From the NCBI GenBank assembly GCA_963775685.1, contig CAVZJV010000014.1, positions 1,024,001-1,088,000 of the forward strand: a stretch of 64,000 nucleotides of DNA, given 5' to 3'. The notes under the pieces are model-generated. The model ran no database searches and was not told the DNA's origin. It worked only from the letters and a program-made list of their open reading frames with translations. Positions 1-11,005 of the stretch are shown here, piece by piece; within the stretch, counting starts at the first letter, position 1; the number at the start of each line of letters is the position of its first letter. The DNA is from Candidatus Bathyarchaeota archaeon. GTDB taxonomy: Archaea; Thermoproteota; Bathyarchaeia; Bathyarchaeales; Bathycorpusculaceae. A program made the translations under genes and the position numbers.

Positions 1-309
1 CCTATGCAAGGTTTTCCTTTTACATAAAATCCTTCCCCAAGGACTGAAAACTTTGGTTTATAAATTAACTTAACAATTAGCTTGTTCCAAAAATACTCTT
101 TTATCAAGTTTATTTGGCGCATCTTTGATACAGTCCAAGAATTAAGCTTCGTTTTTTCATCTATGCCAAAAAAGGTTATTATGAAATTGACATATAATAT
201 ATCATTTTATCCTTGTTACCTTCAAAGTTTTCCAATTTCTGAAAAAGGGTTAGGTAAGACTATTAACCAATGCCATTTTTGGATTCTCAAGTAATTCTGA
301 AGCCTTAGA

Positions 310-1506
310 TTATGGTTTAACTAGGTTTTGTTGGAGGATTTGCCCGGCATGGTTCGGAGTCCAACTCGGATAACCACTATTAAGCGCCATCGTACCAGAA
401 TTACTCCACCACCAACCAGCAAAACCAATACCATGCTGATTCAACAACGCAAGCTCATTAGAATAAGCAGTATACTCATTAGTCAAATCAGAACCCGTAA
501 ACGCCACATTACAGCCAACCTCACCAACCCAAAACGGATAACGCAAAGCCGCAGAATAATAACCCATCAACCGAAACGCCGCATCAACATCACTCAACGA
601 ATAACCAAAAGCATTAGCAATCCCACCAGACCGCTGAACCGCATTATAATAAAGATGCGTAGTATAAACCAAATTACCAGAACTATCACTCAAATTAGCA
701 TCAGCAATCCAACCCATATCACTAAGCGACGAAGGCCAATCAAGATTCACAAAACCCTGATAATTCCACTGGAACATAATCAAATTCTGCGCACCCGTAG
801 CCCGAATAGCATTAATACACTGCTGAGCAGTAGCAACCCAACTATTATACGCCGCAGCAGAATAGTCACCAACAGGCTCATTCCAAAGCTCAAAAATAAC
901 ATTCGGATAATCCTTAAGCTCCGAAGCTATACTAGCCCAATAACTAACAAAATCCTGCTGACTAGCAATCACAGACGAATCACCACTCTTAGAATAAGGC
1001 GGATACGGCAAATCACCCTGACCACCACCACTATAATAGTTGCGCACTTGATACCCAGTATAAATAATGTACAACCCCTTAGAAGCAGCGACATCCAACA
1101 GATTCTTAATCAACTGACGATGACCACCAATATCAAGTTTCCAATTATCAACCGACTGAACCAACCTAATCACGTTAACACCAGAACCCCAACTCTTAAT
1201 CGCATCAAGCTCTTTTCCAACATTAGTCGGATTCCAATCAGCAAGCTTCTTCACATAAGCACCATTCCAATAACCACCAGGATCACCCTCATACCCATTC
1301 TTATTCACACCCTTAAGCACAACAACATTACCCAAATAATCCTGGATGTCCTTACCCACAATGTGCAAAGGTAGAATGGAGTATATTTTACCAGAGAGTG
1401 AAATGGAGGCGTTTATGGATATAACAGAAGACACCAAAGGAATCAAGAGGATACATGAAAGTATTATCGAAAAAATCGCTATCGAGCTTAGTTTTAAGAT
1501 AATCAC
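310..1506 (-). CDS. Membrane-anchored glycoside hydrolase family 5 (cellulase-like)
   Basis: N-terminal hydrophobic anchor, LKGVN, acid/base motif IFELWNEP, H-L-Y, nucleophile VGEVG, WWW near the C-terminus. Confidence 0.85.
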   Translation of the reverse strand: MIILKLSSIAIFSIILSCILLIPLVSSVISINASISLSGKIYSILPLHIVGKDIQDYLGNVVVLKGVNKNGYEGDPGGYWNGAYVKKLADWNPTNVGKELDAIKSWGSGVNVIRLVQSVDNWKLDIGGHRQLIKNLLDVAASKGLYIIYTGYQVRNYYSGGGQGDLPYPPYSKSGDSSVIASQQDFVSYWASIASELKDYPNVIFELWNEPVGDYSAAAYNSWVATAQQCINAIRATGAQNLIMFQWNYQGFVNLDWPSSLSDMGWIADANLSDSSGNLVYTTHLYYNAVQRSGGIANAFGYSLSDVDAAFRLMGYYSAALRYPFWVGEVGCNVAFTGSDLTNEYTAYSNELALLNQHGIGFAGWWWSNSGTMALNSGYPSWTPNHAGQILQQNLVKP

Positions 1507-1667
1507 TCGTTTTCACCCTCAAAATATTCATTTTGAGGCTGCATTATTGCTTTTTTGAACATGGATTTGCTGGCTTCCACAATCTTTTGGGAGACGACAT
1601 TCGTATATTTAGTATTACTACATAAGTTTTTCGTTAAGTGGGCTACCGCCTTCAGAATTCAAAAAAA

Positions 1668-2258
1668 TCAATGGATACAGAATCTTTCAATGAACTTATC
1701 AATATCATCGTAAAAGAAATCAATATTTTTAACTATTTTATCGTCAGACCAATTCCACCAATGAATTGATAGCAGACTTTTTATTTGGTTCTCCGAATAT
1801 CGGAATCTTATCAGTTTTGCGGGCACACCTGCAACCACCCCAAATGCAGGCACATCATGAGTAACCACCGCGCCAGCTCCAATTATTGCTCCATCGCCTA
1901 TCGTTACTGCAGGAAGAATTATTGAACATGCCCCTATCCAAACATCACTACCTATCTTAACAAAATCACCTTTTGAGGGCAGTGTGTATTCTGGCTTCCA
2001 GAAGTTCTTGTCTAAAGTAGAGATTGGAAAAGTAGAAACCCTTTTGTGTTCGTACCCTTTTTTCGGTATATGCCCCATAGAAGGGATTATCACGACACCG
2101 GGTCCTATTGAAACAAAGTTCCCGATGGTTACTTCAGATTGAGGTAAATTTGCGTGTATAAAAGGCGTCCCGCTACAGTGTTTGCCCACTTGAATTGTGC
2201 CCTTGGGATATTTGCGGGTCCTCAATATATAGAGCAATAACGTCTTGAAACCAACCAA
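1668..2258 (-). CDS. CatB/Vat-like hexapeptide-repeat O-acetyltransferase
   Basis: [41 protein letters not shown] motifs. Confidence 0.85.
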   Translation of the reverse strand: MVGFKTLLLYILRTRKYPKGTIQVGKHCSGTPFIHANLPQSEVTIGNFVSIGPGVVIIPSMGHIPKKGYEHKRVSTFPISTLDKNFWKPEYTLPSKGDFVKIGSDVWIGACSIILPAVTIGDGAIIGAGAVVTHDVPAFGVVAGVPAKLIRFRYSENQIKSLLSIHWWNWSDDKIVKNIDFFYDDIDKFIERFCIH

Positions 2259-2478
2259 ATAACGTCACCTAAAGAAAACTGAGGTCAGTCATTCTATTAA
2301 TATTTCACTCAAACGGAAACAATCTGCGCCCATAGCAAAGTTGGGAACCAAATAAGCAATTTCCATAATTTCAGTTTATTCAAGCGCCCTACCAAAATGC
2401 TGAAAACGACAACATTTTATTTGGAGAACAGCAGATTACTATTTCCTTAAACCAATTTTTCATGGAATAATCCTTAAA

Positions 2479-3390
2479 TTAATTGGACGAATGATGCCCG
2501 TAACCTTCCAAGTGGGCTTTGAGAAAACCAAATGACCATGCAAGCCTCTTAAACCCGTAATGTAATGGTAAAAAAAAAACAAACTTTTTGTGGGTTAATA
2601 AATAAGCACCTGGGCTTCGTAAAACACCTGCTAAAAAACCCGCCATTGGACTCATCTTTAAAATGGAAATCGTATCAGGATTTTTGTGGAAAACAAAATG
2701 ACCGCCCCGTCCATACCAAATATATTGATTCCAAAGCGAAAGCCAAGTTGCCCGGGTTGATTCAGTGAAAGTTTGGTTGGTTCTTGCGATGGCCCATCCT
2801 TTGGCTTTGGCTCTAAACGCTAGTTCAGTGTCTTCAGCGGCCCCTTTCATCTTTGTATCAAAACCGCCGATTGATCGTATAGTTTTAGTTCTAAAAATCG
2901 AACCTTCGGTTCCTGGCAAATATCCAAGTTTTGAGGCACTCTTTTCGCCATAAACTGAACTAACTACGTACACTACATTTTCTAAGTCTGCCGCAATACC
3001 GTAACCCATGTGGGCACCATATTTTCCTCCAGCAATTCCAACAAGGGGGTTCTCTTCCATGAATTGTACTTGTTTTATGACATAGTCTATTGGTAGAATC
3101 ATGTCAGCGTCCATCCAGACGATGTATTTGCCAAAAGCGTTATTAACTACTATCTGTCGTGCCATTCCTAAACCCGAGTTTTCCTGGAAGATTCGATATT
3201 TAAACTTTGAAGTGGTCAAGGATTTTTCAACAATGTAGGAGGTAGTATCTTTGCTAATCCCTTCAACAACTATGATTTCTAAAGAATTTTTGGGGAAATC
3301 TTGTGAAAGTACACTTTCTATTGCCTCTCTAACAGTAGAAGCAACATCCTTCACGCAAAAACCTATTGTAACAAGACAGTTTGAATTCAA
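2479..3390 (-). CDS. Glycosyltransferase family 2
   Basis: GT-A fold motifs: WMDADM (DxD), GGFD, AEDTELAFR, QYIWYGRG. Confidence 0.85.
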   Translation of the reverse strand: MNSNCLVTIGFCVKDVASTVREAIESVLSQDFPKNSLEIIVVEGISKDTTSYIVEKSLTTSKFKYRIFQENSGLGMARQIVVNNAFGKYIVWMDADMILPIDYVIKQVQFMEENPLVGIAGGKYGAHMGYGIAADLENVVYVVSSVYGEKSASKLGYLPGTEGSIFRTKTIRSIGGFDTKMKGAAEDTELAFRAKAKGWAIARTNQTFTESTRATWLSLWNQYIWYGRGGHFVFHKNPDTISILKMSPMAGFLAGVLRSPGAYLLTHKKFVFFLPLHYGFKRLAWSFGFLKAHLEGYGHHSSN

Positions 3391-3427
3391 GAATAAGTTC
3401 CATCCGAAATTCTTATGAATAAGGAAT

Positions 3428-4600
3428 CTAAACCAGACCTATTTTCTTCAGGGTCTCTTCGCTAAGAAGTGACCTTGACTCCTGCTCGGTTTTCCACAAT
3501 TTAAAACCCTTTCTTTTGTTAAAAAACGAAGTCAAAGCGGTTAACAAAATGAGATTATTCTGTAAAATCTCAATCATCAATGGTCTTGTTTTTTTGACAA
3601 TAAATAAAGCAGAAAAAATTAAAACAAAAGTGAGCATAAACAAGGGGTAGTCAACAAAAGCAAACACAGACAAAAATCCTAGAACGACAAGAAGTAAAGG
3701 GTTAAAGATGTATAAGAAAATTTCCGGAACCGCTATCTTTTTCGGAATAATCAGTTTTCTATGTACAAGTAAATTTAAACATTTAAACCAGAGACTTTGC
3801 AGTTGGCTTGCTCGCCTAAGTTTTAAGTTCATTTTGTTTTTCCAAATTGTTGGAAAGGTTGTGTAAAAGCCTATTTCAGGGATTAAGAGGGCACGACTAC
3901 TTTTTTGGATAATATGTAAAGCAGTTCCTGAGTCATCCGTTGCGTGATCGAATTCATCGATCAAACTGCGTTTGAAGGCTGCAAATCCACCTTGAAAAAA
4001 TAGCGTTGAGTGCACTTTTGATTCGCCAACACGGAGAATCTGGATGTTCGTGTCGTAGAATTGTTCGCCCAGAGTAACCCATGAGCCACCGGGATTAAGC
4101 AAGAATTCCCTGGCGGTTATAGCACCAACGTTTGGATCAGAAAGGTAAAGCATTGATTTTTCCAGAATATCTGAAGGCCAGAAACAATCAGCATCTGAAA
4201 TTATTACCACGTCGGTTTTTACTGACTTGAGAGCGCGGTTGAGACAATGGGTTTTCCCTACATGCTCTTTGCTATCAAAAACACTGATTCTCATGTTTGG
4301 ATGAATAGCCATATATCGACTAATCTCAGACATGGCGCCATCTTCTGAAGCGTCATTAACAATGATTATTTGAGTTTTCTCTAAAGGATACTTAATTCTG
4401 CTCAAATTCTCCAGCTTAAGATGAATTGTTTTCTCTTCGTTATGAATAGGTACCAAAATCGCTACTGATGGGAGGTAATTCGCATCAATATTCAATCTCC
4501 AAGGTCTTGTCGACTGCTTTTTCATATGAACAAAATAAAAGGCGGGAACGCCGAGAAAGCAAGATCCAACAATAATCCAAGCAATTAATGTTATAATCAT
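3428..4600 (-). CDS. Membrane GT2 glycosyltransferase (IcaA/cellulose-synthase-like)
   Basis: N- and C-terminal TM helices, PIHNEE, NDASED, SDAD, TDD, RRASQ. Confidence 0.8.
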   Translation of the reverse strand: MIITLIAWIIVGSCFLGVPAFYFVHMKKQSTRPWRLNIDANYLPSVAILVPIHNEEKTIHLKLENLSRIKYPLEKTQIIIVNDASEDGAMSEISRYMAIHPNMRISVFDSKEHVGKTHCLNRALKSVKTDVVIISDADCFWPSDILEKSMLYLSDPNVGAITAREFLLNPGGSWVTLGEQFYDTNIQILRVGESKVHSTLFFQGGFAAFKRSLIDEFDHATDDSGTALHIIQKSSRALLIPEIGFYTTFPTIWKNKMNLKLRRASQLQSLWFKCLNLLVHRKLIIPKKIAVPEIFLYIFNPLLLVVLGFLSVFAFVDYPLFMLTFVLIFSALFIVKKTRPLMIEILQNNLILLTALTSFFNKRKGFKLWKTEQESRSLLSEETLKKIGLV

Positions 4601-4812
4601 TTTTCATGAACCTGCCAAGTGGTTGATTAATAAGAGTAAAAGAAACTAATTCTCGTCCAGAAATTTAAAGTAAAACGTCCCAATCTTTATTTTGTATTCA
4701 AAATATTCTTCCGTGACCAAACTATTGATCTGTGACCCAATTGAATGATAACCTTTCTGAAACCTGCAACACAAACCGCCAGAGAGACCTATCAGCAGAT
4801 TTTCGCCTATCC

Positions 4813-5496
4813 CTATCGAGTCACGTTGAATTTTAAGTCAACAAAGCGTTCATTATACTGGAAGATACCTGCAGTGCTATTGTAAATCCATAGTTCAAAA
4901 ACCAAATTTCCATAAAGTATATTCTTTTGAGGGCTCCAATCGGAAGTATAGCCTTGTAAATTCAAGGTTTCGCCGTTAATTTTTAGGCTTTCAAAGTTAG
5001 CGTGTAGTAGATTGATGTTTTCAGCCCTTTGCTCTATGGTGTCATTTTTTCCAGGTCCTTGCGGCACTGTTACATTTTCATAAACTATGCGACTTACATT
5101 TTGGAAAGAATAATTAAAAGCGAAATCCAGAGGTAATTCAAAGCTCTCCTTGTCTGCAACAAACAAATTCAGATTGTATAGTGAAGGAAGATTGCTGGAG
5201 GTGCGGTTAAAATTGTCCGGTGCAGACTGGGTTTCATTTCGAACCTTTACTTGAACCTGATAGTAAGCGCAAGAACCCAATTGATTGGTAACGTCCAGAA
5301 ATATGTGGTAATTGGCGTTGTTAGTTATGTTGTAGGGATAATCCTGAGCCATATGTTCTGGACCAAGTAACGAAAGTTCAGTGAAGAACTCGGTGCGAGG
5401 ATAAACCAAAACATGTTGCAATGCGGGCGAAGCCACCAACAAAGCTAAAACCGCCACCACCAAGATGTACAATGCCTTATACTGAGTCAGATTCAC
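4813..5496 (-). CDS. DUF1616-like membrane protein
   Basis: N-terminal TM then EFFTELSLLGP..A.DYP motif and LVFELW, typical of archaeal DUF1616 proteins. Confidence 0.65.
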   Translation of the reverse strand: MNLTQYKALYILVVAVLALLVASPALQHVLVYPRTEFFTELSLLGPEHMAQDYPYNITNNANYHIFLDVTNQLGSCAYYQVQVKVRNETQSAPDNFNRTSSNLPSLYNLNLFVADKESFELPLDFAFNYSFQNVSRIVYENVTVPQGPGKNDTIEQRAENINLLHANFESLKINGETLNLQGYTSDWSPQKNILYGNLVFELWIYNSTAGIFQYNERFVDLKFNVTR

Positions 5497-5977
5497 TCTT
5501 TAACGCCTCACTAGGCCCGTATTTGCGTTTCAAGCGAATCCAAACGACAAAACTGCCAACTATAACTATGATTGCGCCAACAACTGAAGCAACAACATTT
5601 AGCAAAAAATCAAACGTTTTACTCTGCGCCGCCGAAGCCTGCAATGATTGGGCATCTGAAATAAAGTCTGCAAGTTCACTTTGACTCTGAGCAGCTAAAC
5701 TCTGGGAAGATCCTAAGTCACCATTAGAATAGGCTAATTGAGCTTTAGATAAGAGTAAACCGGCACTGTTTAATCTGAGGGTCAACTGAGAAATGTTTGC
5801 GCCCGAAGATTCTGCGACTCTAGCAGCATCATAACATTGCACAAGTCTGCTTTGTGCAGCAGAAATCGCTGATGAAGTATCAACCTGTTGAGCCCAAACG
5901 CCTGAAAGCGCACTTAATGCTGTTACAGATAGTGACAGTATAAGAAATACGCCTATAGGTGCCTGTGCAGACCGCAA
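5477..5977 (-). CDS. Secreted, C-terminally anchored helical protein (paralog of 45245-45721)
   Basis: Signal peptide, AESSGANIS.L...LN.A helix, C-terminal TM plus basic tail. Confidence 0.65.
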   Translation of the reverse strand: MRSAQAPIGVFLILSLSVTALSALSGVWAQQVDTSSAISAAQSRLVQCYDAARVAESSGANISQLTLRLNSAGLLLSKAQLAYSNGDLGSSQSLAAQSQSELADFISDAQSLQASAAQSKTFDFLLNVVASVVGAIIVIVGSFVVWIRLKRKYGPSEALKSESDSV

Positions 5978-6111
5978 TTATCGTTCCTCTCAAGAAAACA
6001 TAACCGTTATAATATTTTAGATTTACTAATCAAGCTTTCAAACGATACTCTTTAGATCAACATTCAATGCTGCTTCTTCTCTGGATATTTCCATAAAAAG
6101 CCATTTTATCT

Positions 6112-7005
6112 CTACATCCTCTGAAGAAGTCTGAAAGTCTCCAGAGCATGACGTTCTTTTGAAACTCCCACCGCAACCCCATTCAGAGTCTCCAAGCCGT
6201 TTAGATACATAGCTGCATCGTTTAATTTTAGATAGCCAGCCGCTAAAATACTAAAAGAAATTATTTGAGCGTCCCGGCAATCATTCAACGCATCTTCACA
6301 GGCTATTTTAGAGGGATTCATCTGAAAACCTGCTTTGTTAAACGATGCGGCTATTGTTATTTTGCTCATATCAAAGTTCCATTCCTTTAGTTTTTCTACA
6401 AGGTAGGGAAAATTTCGTGTCTCAAATCCCGGACGGATATTGGTTTTTGAGAAAAACTTAACATATGCCCTAAAAAACCAGTCTAGATTTAAGGCTAAAG
6501 CCATGTCAGTCATTACCTCATGAAGCAAAACTGACTTCAAATTTGCATTTTTAGCTGCAGCGGATTTTATTCGAGATATCTCGTAAATTAGATATGTCTT
6601 AAGAAACGCTGTAGGATCAAATCTAATTAAACCTATAGAATTTGGAGCAACAGAAAAAATGTTTCTAGAAAACGCAATCTGTCGAGAAATTTGTTTTGCT
6701 AAACCGGAAACTCCGCCAACCTTGGTTGCCAACCGAACGTACTCATACGCATAAGGTACAAGAGCATATAAATCATACTTTTCCTCATGGTCAAGCCCCT
6801 TCAAAATCGAAAGGGTAGTTTCGCTGACCGAAAACATGAAACCAGTCGCACCGTTTTGAAGTGAAAGGTTCACTAACTGAGTGGCATATTCAATGTTTGA
6901 AGGATTATCAGTTATTGACCGTTCCCGTGCCCTTTGTTGAGAAAGATGACTTATGCCGTGAAAAGCGTTGTCGCCCACTAATAATTCTAATCGTCGTTTA
7001 CTCAT
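6112..7005 (-). CDS. Conserved hypothetical protein of the glycosylation cluster (aldo/keto-reductase-like TIM barrel)
   Basis: LLVGDNAFHGISH, FNKAGFQMNPS, SILAAG; overlaps the stop of the upstream oxidoreductase. Confidence 0.55.
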   Translation of the reverse strand: MSKRRLELLVGDNAFHGISHLSQQRARERSITDNPSNIEYATQLVNLSLQNGATGFMFSVSETTLSILKGLDHEEKYDLYALVPYAYEYVRLATKVGGVSGLAKQISRQIAFSRNIFSVAPNSIGLIRFDPTAFLKTYLIYEISRIKSAAAKNANLKSVLLHEVMTDMALALNLDWFFRAYVKFFSKTNIRPGFETRNFPYLVEKLKEWNFDMSKITIAASFNKAGFQMNPSKIACEDALNDCRDAQIISFSILAAGYLKLNDAAMYLNGLETLNGVAVGVSKERHALETFRLLQRM

Positions 7006-7990
7006 TGACTTTCCTCCTTACCTGCTCAAGCAAGTTATCAACTTTTGTTGCAGTTTCAAAATTCGGTTCGGACGCAGCATCCGAAATTATTGAATTGATA
7101 AAATGGTTATTTTCTCTAAAATACTCTGAGTCCCCTAACAAGAAAGTAACATGATCGTCAAGATCCTGTCTGAGCCAAGTCTTCGGCACCTCATTGTTTA
7201 ATTCCAAAACCAATTCGGTGTCATCAACTTTTAGATTACCCTTAGCGCCATGAATTATCAATCCAAATTCAGGCATGCGATAACCTTCTTTAACCCAAGA
7301 AACATCAAATTTTCCTAATAAATCATCTAATCCAACAATTTCAAATTGCACTGAATCAGATTTTTGATTGGACGACGACGAAACGTTGATTGAGGAAAGT
7401 AAATTGCCGAAGAACCAAATTGCTAAGTCACACACATGAGAACCTAAATCTTCTATAACCCCGCCTCTACCGCCCGAAACTGCAGCTCTCTGTTCACCGA
7501 AAAAATCAGATGAATATGCGTAAGCGTCAAAAGAAGACACAGGACCTAATAGTTCTTGGCCCAGCAATTCTTTTGCTTTACCGAATGTAACAGAGAAACG
7601 TTTCATGTACCCAACCATTGTGTGTCCTTGGAGTTCACGGGTCAGATCGCACAATTCCTTAGATTGAACATAGTTTGAAGAAAGCGTCTTTTCAACAAAC
7701 AAATTACGAGCAATGCCTCGGACACAAACGTCTTTTACTATACTATAATGTGAGGAAATAGGAGTGGTAACATAAACTACATCAAGATCCAGTTTTGAGA
7801 ACTCTGCCAAATTGTCAGTAACTATGGGGGTCTTGAGTGTATTCTTTGCTAGTTTCCTCATGAGCCAACTCTTGTCGCATAGCGCGGCGAGTTGAACATT
7901 AGGCATAAAATTGAGCAGGGATGCGTGGAGTAAACCCATTTTTCCTAAACCAACAATGCCGACTTTTATTTTTTTATCTGAGGTAGCCAT
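6998..7990 (-). CDS. Gfo/Idh/MocA family oxidoreductase
   Basis: GIVGLGKMG Rossmann motif, FVEKT, VGYMKRF, GGVIEDLGSH. Confidence 0.9.
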   Translation of the reverse strand: MATSDKKIKVGIVGLGKMGLLHASLLNFMPNVQLAALCDKSWLMRKLAKNTLKTPIVTDNLAEFSKLDLDVVYVTTPISSHYSIVKDVCVRGIARNLFVEKTLSSNYVQSKELCDLTRELQGHTMVGYMKRFSVTFGKAKELLGQELLGPVSSFDAYAYSSDFFGEQRAAVSGGRGGVIEDLGSHVCDLAIWFFGNLLSSINVSSSSNQKSDSVQFEIVGLDDLLGKFDVSWVKEGYRMPEFGLIIHGAKGNLKVDDTELVLELNNEVPKTWLRQDLDDHVTFLLGDSEYFRENNHFINSIISDAASEPNFETATKVDNLLEQVRRKVNE

Positions 7991-8179
7991 GCTTCAAAAA
8001 CTCCTATATTAAATGTATTAGTGCGCATTTTAGATCAAAAAATGTAAGCAAAATTTACTTAAGTCAAAGCTAAGCTAAAGTTGCTGAAGTTCATAACTGT
8101 AACCGACGGTTAATCGCTCCAATCAATGTCGAGCAGAAAAGAAAGCTCAGCCCAGCCCTTCCCATACAGAGTCTAATTT

Positions 8180-9286
8180 TCATTTTGTTTTGCTGTCGAA
8201 GAATTTGCGGACATTTTGAGTTATATATGATATTTCATCTTCTTTAATTTGAGGAAAAATCGGAATAGTAAGACAGGACTTGCAGAATTCCTCTGCGTTT
8301 GGATAGGCTCCTTCATTGTAACCGAACATTTGCTGATAGATGGGTTGAAGATGAATTGGCAAAACATAATGAATTCCACAACTAATACCCTGAGATTCCA
8401 GCCAGCTTTTAAGCTCATCACGAAGTTTGGTGCGAACAACATAGAGATGATACACCGGATCTACATCAACAGATTCTTCGGGAGGCAAAACCAAATCGCC
8501 CAAACCTTCAAACAACCTATCGTACGACTTGGCAGTCTTTCTTCTCTTGTTATTCCAATCATCAAGATGCCTAAGCTGAACTCTGCCAATCGCAGCATTA
8601 ACAGAATTCAACCGAGAAGTAAAACCGACCACATCGTGGACGTACTGACTCTTGCGCCCACAATCTCTAAGTTTAGCAGCCGCAGCCGCAATTTTCTCAT
8701 CGTTAGTTGTTATCATTCCTCCATCCCCACCTACTGTCATATTCTTTGAAGGGTAAAAGCTAAAACAACCAACTAAACCTAGATTTCCGGTTTTCTTTCC
8801 AAAATATGAAGCGCCATGAGCTTGACAAGCATCTTCTATAACAATCATATCTCGTTTTTTTGCAATATCATTAATAGCATTCATATCCGCTGGATAACCA
8901 AACAAGTGAACGGGTAGGATAGCCTTTGTCTTTGATGTGATTGAAGCTTCCAATTTCAAAGGATCGATATTGTTAGTTTCTGGGTTTATATCTGAAAAAA
9001 CAGGAGTCCCCTGAGCGTGTATAATCGGGTTAGCACTTGCAATAAACGATAAAGGCGAAGTCACAACAATTTGACCAGGCTTGATCCCAGAAGCCAGAAG
9101 TGCAATTTTCAATGCGTCCGTTCCTGAACTTGTAGAAACGGCATAATCTGTACCGCAATACTTTGCAAATTCTTCTTCAAACTTATGAACGCTTTCACCC
9201 AAGACAAAGCGCTCTTTACGGAGGGCTTCGATAGCAACCTTCTCCATTTCATCATCGAATATTGGTTTGCCTAAAGGTATTTTCAT
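8180..9286 (-). CDS. DegT/DnrJ/EryC1/StrS nucleotide-sugar aminotransferase
   Basis: SSGTDAL, PVHLFG, IEDACQAHGA, FSFYPSKNM (PLP Lys), GIHY. Confidence 0.95.
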   Translation of the reverse strand: MKIPLGKPIFDDEMEKVAIEALRKERFVLGESVHKFEEEFAKYCGTDYAVSTSSGTDALKIALLASGIKPGQIVVTSPLSFIASANPIIHAQGTPVFSDINPETNNIDPLKLEASITSKTKAILPVHLFGYPADMNAINDIAKKRDMIVIEDACQAHGASYFGKKTGNLGLVGCFSFYPSKNMTVGGDGGMITTNDEKIAAAAAKLRDCGRKSQYVHDVVGFTSRLNSVNAAIGRVQLRHLDDWNNKRRKTAKSYDRLFEGLGDLVLPPEESVDVDPVYHLYVVRTKLRDELKSWLESQGISCGIHYVLPIHLQPIYQQMFGYNEGAYPNAEEFCKSCLTIPIFPQIKEDEISYITQNVRKFFDSKTK

Positions 9287-9513
9287 TCAATTACACCCAA
9301 TTTTATCAAGACATCTGTATACTTTTCGCAGTTTTTTTATCTCATAATGATTATCTGTCAATGGAAACATCTGAATTTTGCGAGATTAAATTATTAATAA
9401 TTCAACGTAAACCCTTTGGATTATGGTGGATTCAACTTTAGGGGAAAGTTTGTTATAGGAATTCTTTGTACCTGAATACCTGAATTTTGCAAGGGTGATT
9501 TTAAGAATCGTTC

Positions 9514-10260
9514 TTAATAGGTAGTCTCTGACATTATTCGCTTAAAAATTTCGACGCTATTCATAAATCCAAGCTTTTTCTCGCCTAACCGCTCACGATA
9601 TTTAATGGGAACCTCCATTATGCCAAAACCCTCTCGCTCTACATGATGATTAAGCTCCACCTCAACATCAAAACCCTTGGATTTCACATGCCAATTTTTA
9701 AGAAGCTGTGACCGTACAACACGCAAACCCGTCAAAGGATCAGCTAGTGATACTCCATTCAGAATGTTGTGTGTAAAAGCGATTATTCGGTTGCCCAGAT
9801 AGAAAACGCTGTTGAGACCCTTCAAATCTAAATATCCATTGAACCTATTGCCGCACACCATCCCCACCTCAGGGCGCGCCTCTAAGATTCTAATCATTTC
9901 CGGAACATGTTCAGCGGGGTATGTATAATCTGCATCCGTGATAACAACGTAATCAGCAGTTAAATTCGAATGCTTAATCGCTTGGGCTATTGCATCACCT
10001 TTACCGTCGCCAGCTTGGAAAACAATTTGCGCACCCATATTTTGAGCTACCTCAGCAGTTCGATCACTGCTTCTGCCGTCAACTACCAAAATCCGCGGAT
10101 TCCCAAGAGTTTTGTTTAATTCAGATATGGTGAGGCCTATGCCTTCTTCTTCGTTAAGCGCTGCAATAATAACTTCTGTAGAAGAAAGACCAGGCAACCC
10201 TATTTTCACGGTTTTATCAAACGCCCCTTTACCATAAAAATTCTTGTTCGAAAGCAACAT
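9514..10260 (-). CDS. GT2, dolichol-phosphate-mannose-synthase-like
   Basis: AALNEE, VDGRSSDRT, GKGDA, TDADYTYP, DPLTG, GFDVEVE, YRERLGEKKL. Confidence 0.9.
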   Translation of the reverse strand: MLLSNKNFYGKGAFDKTVKIGLPGLSSTEVIIAALNEEEGIGLTISELNKTLGNPRILVVDGRSSDRTAEVAQNMGAQIVFQAGDGKGDAIAQAIKHSNLTADYVVITDADYTYPAEHVPEMIRILEARPEVGMVCGNRFNGYLDLKGLNSVFYLGNRIIAFTHNILNGVSLADPLTGLRVVRSQLLKNWHVKSKGFDVEVELNHHVEREGFGIMEVPIKYRERLGEKKLGFMNSVEIFKRIMSETTY

Positions 10261-10475
10261 TTCAGATACTCCACAAAAAACGAATATGTCAATTTCACAA
10301 TCTTGAATATTACTCGAAACCGCGGCAGCCCAAAAAACCCTGATAACTCATTTTTTAGGACGACCTAATTAGAAAAATAATGATCCTGTAATATTTTCCT
10401 GGTGACTTATTAGCACCGACAATTACAAAACCTTATATATTGAGAGTTAAGCGAGAATATATAGCAGGTGCAAAA

Positions 10476-10598
10476 ATGATAGGTGTAACCTGTAGAAAGA
10501 AACGCCGCAGACTTGCATTAATCCCACTCTCACCCTTGCTCTTCATAGTGTTTGTCGTCGGCTGGATTATCAGCTGGATAGGACAGTTAAGCAGCTAA
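10476..10598 (+). CDS. 40-aa basic single-TM peptide (family with 25366 and 43214)
   Basis: Hand translation MIGVTCRKKRRRLALIPLSPLLFIVFVVGWIISWIGQLSS, AGGTG SD upstream; similar to the 43214 protein. Confidence 0.5.
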   Translation: MIGVTCRKKRRRLALIPLSPLLFIVFVVGWIISWIGQLSS

Positions 10599-11005
10599 AC
10601 TCAAACAACATTATTCAACACTAATCAATCGCGCGGTATAAGTCGGCTATGAACAAAAAATCACTTAAGCAAAAAATGAGCGAAAGCCCCCCACCAAACA
10701 TTTAAACAAACTCAAAGTTCTCGCTGGCAAATCCCTTCCTGGCAGAAGTAGAAAAAAGCAAAAAGTGTAAAACTGTCTTAAGTGTTCTAGAACAAACAAT
10801 CATATTCTAGCTACCGCTTGTATTAAACAGTTTTGTTACAGCTCCAATGTAATACCATTTTATCTTCCTCGAAAAACATAATTGAAGCCGACCTTCTTTT
10901 CCGAGATCATTTCACTCTAACAGCTAAACTGCAAAGTGCACAAAGAACAATTCTAAAAAGGCGATATGTCAAATCCGAAAAAGATTTTGAATTTTCTATC
11001 TATGT

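Noticed and set aside
328-1374. 348-aa + strand ORF
   Set aside because: Antisense shadow of the GH5 gene caused by codon bias; I/T/R/N-rich and not protein-like.
8249-8749. 166-aa + strand ORF and similar antisense ORFs over DegT, ALDH, MFS and propeller genes
   Set aside because: They overlap well-supported genes on the opposite strand and have no motifs.
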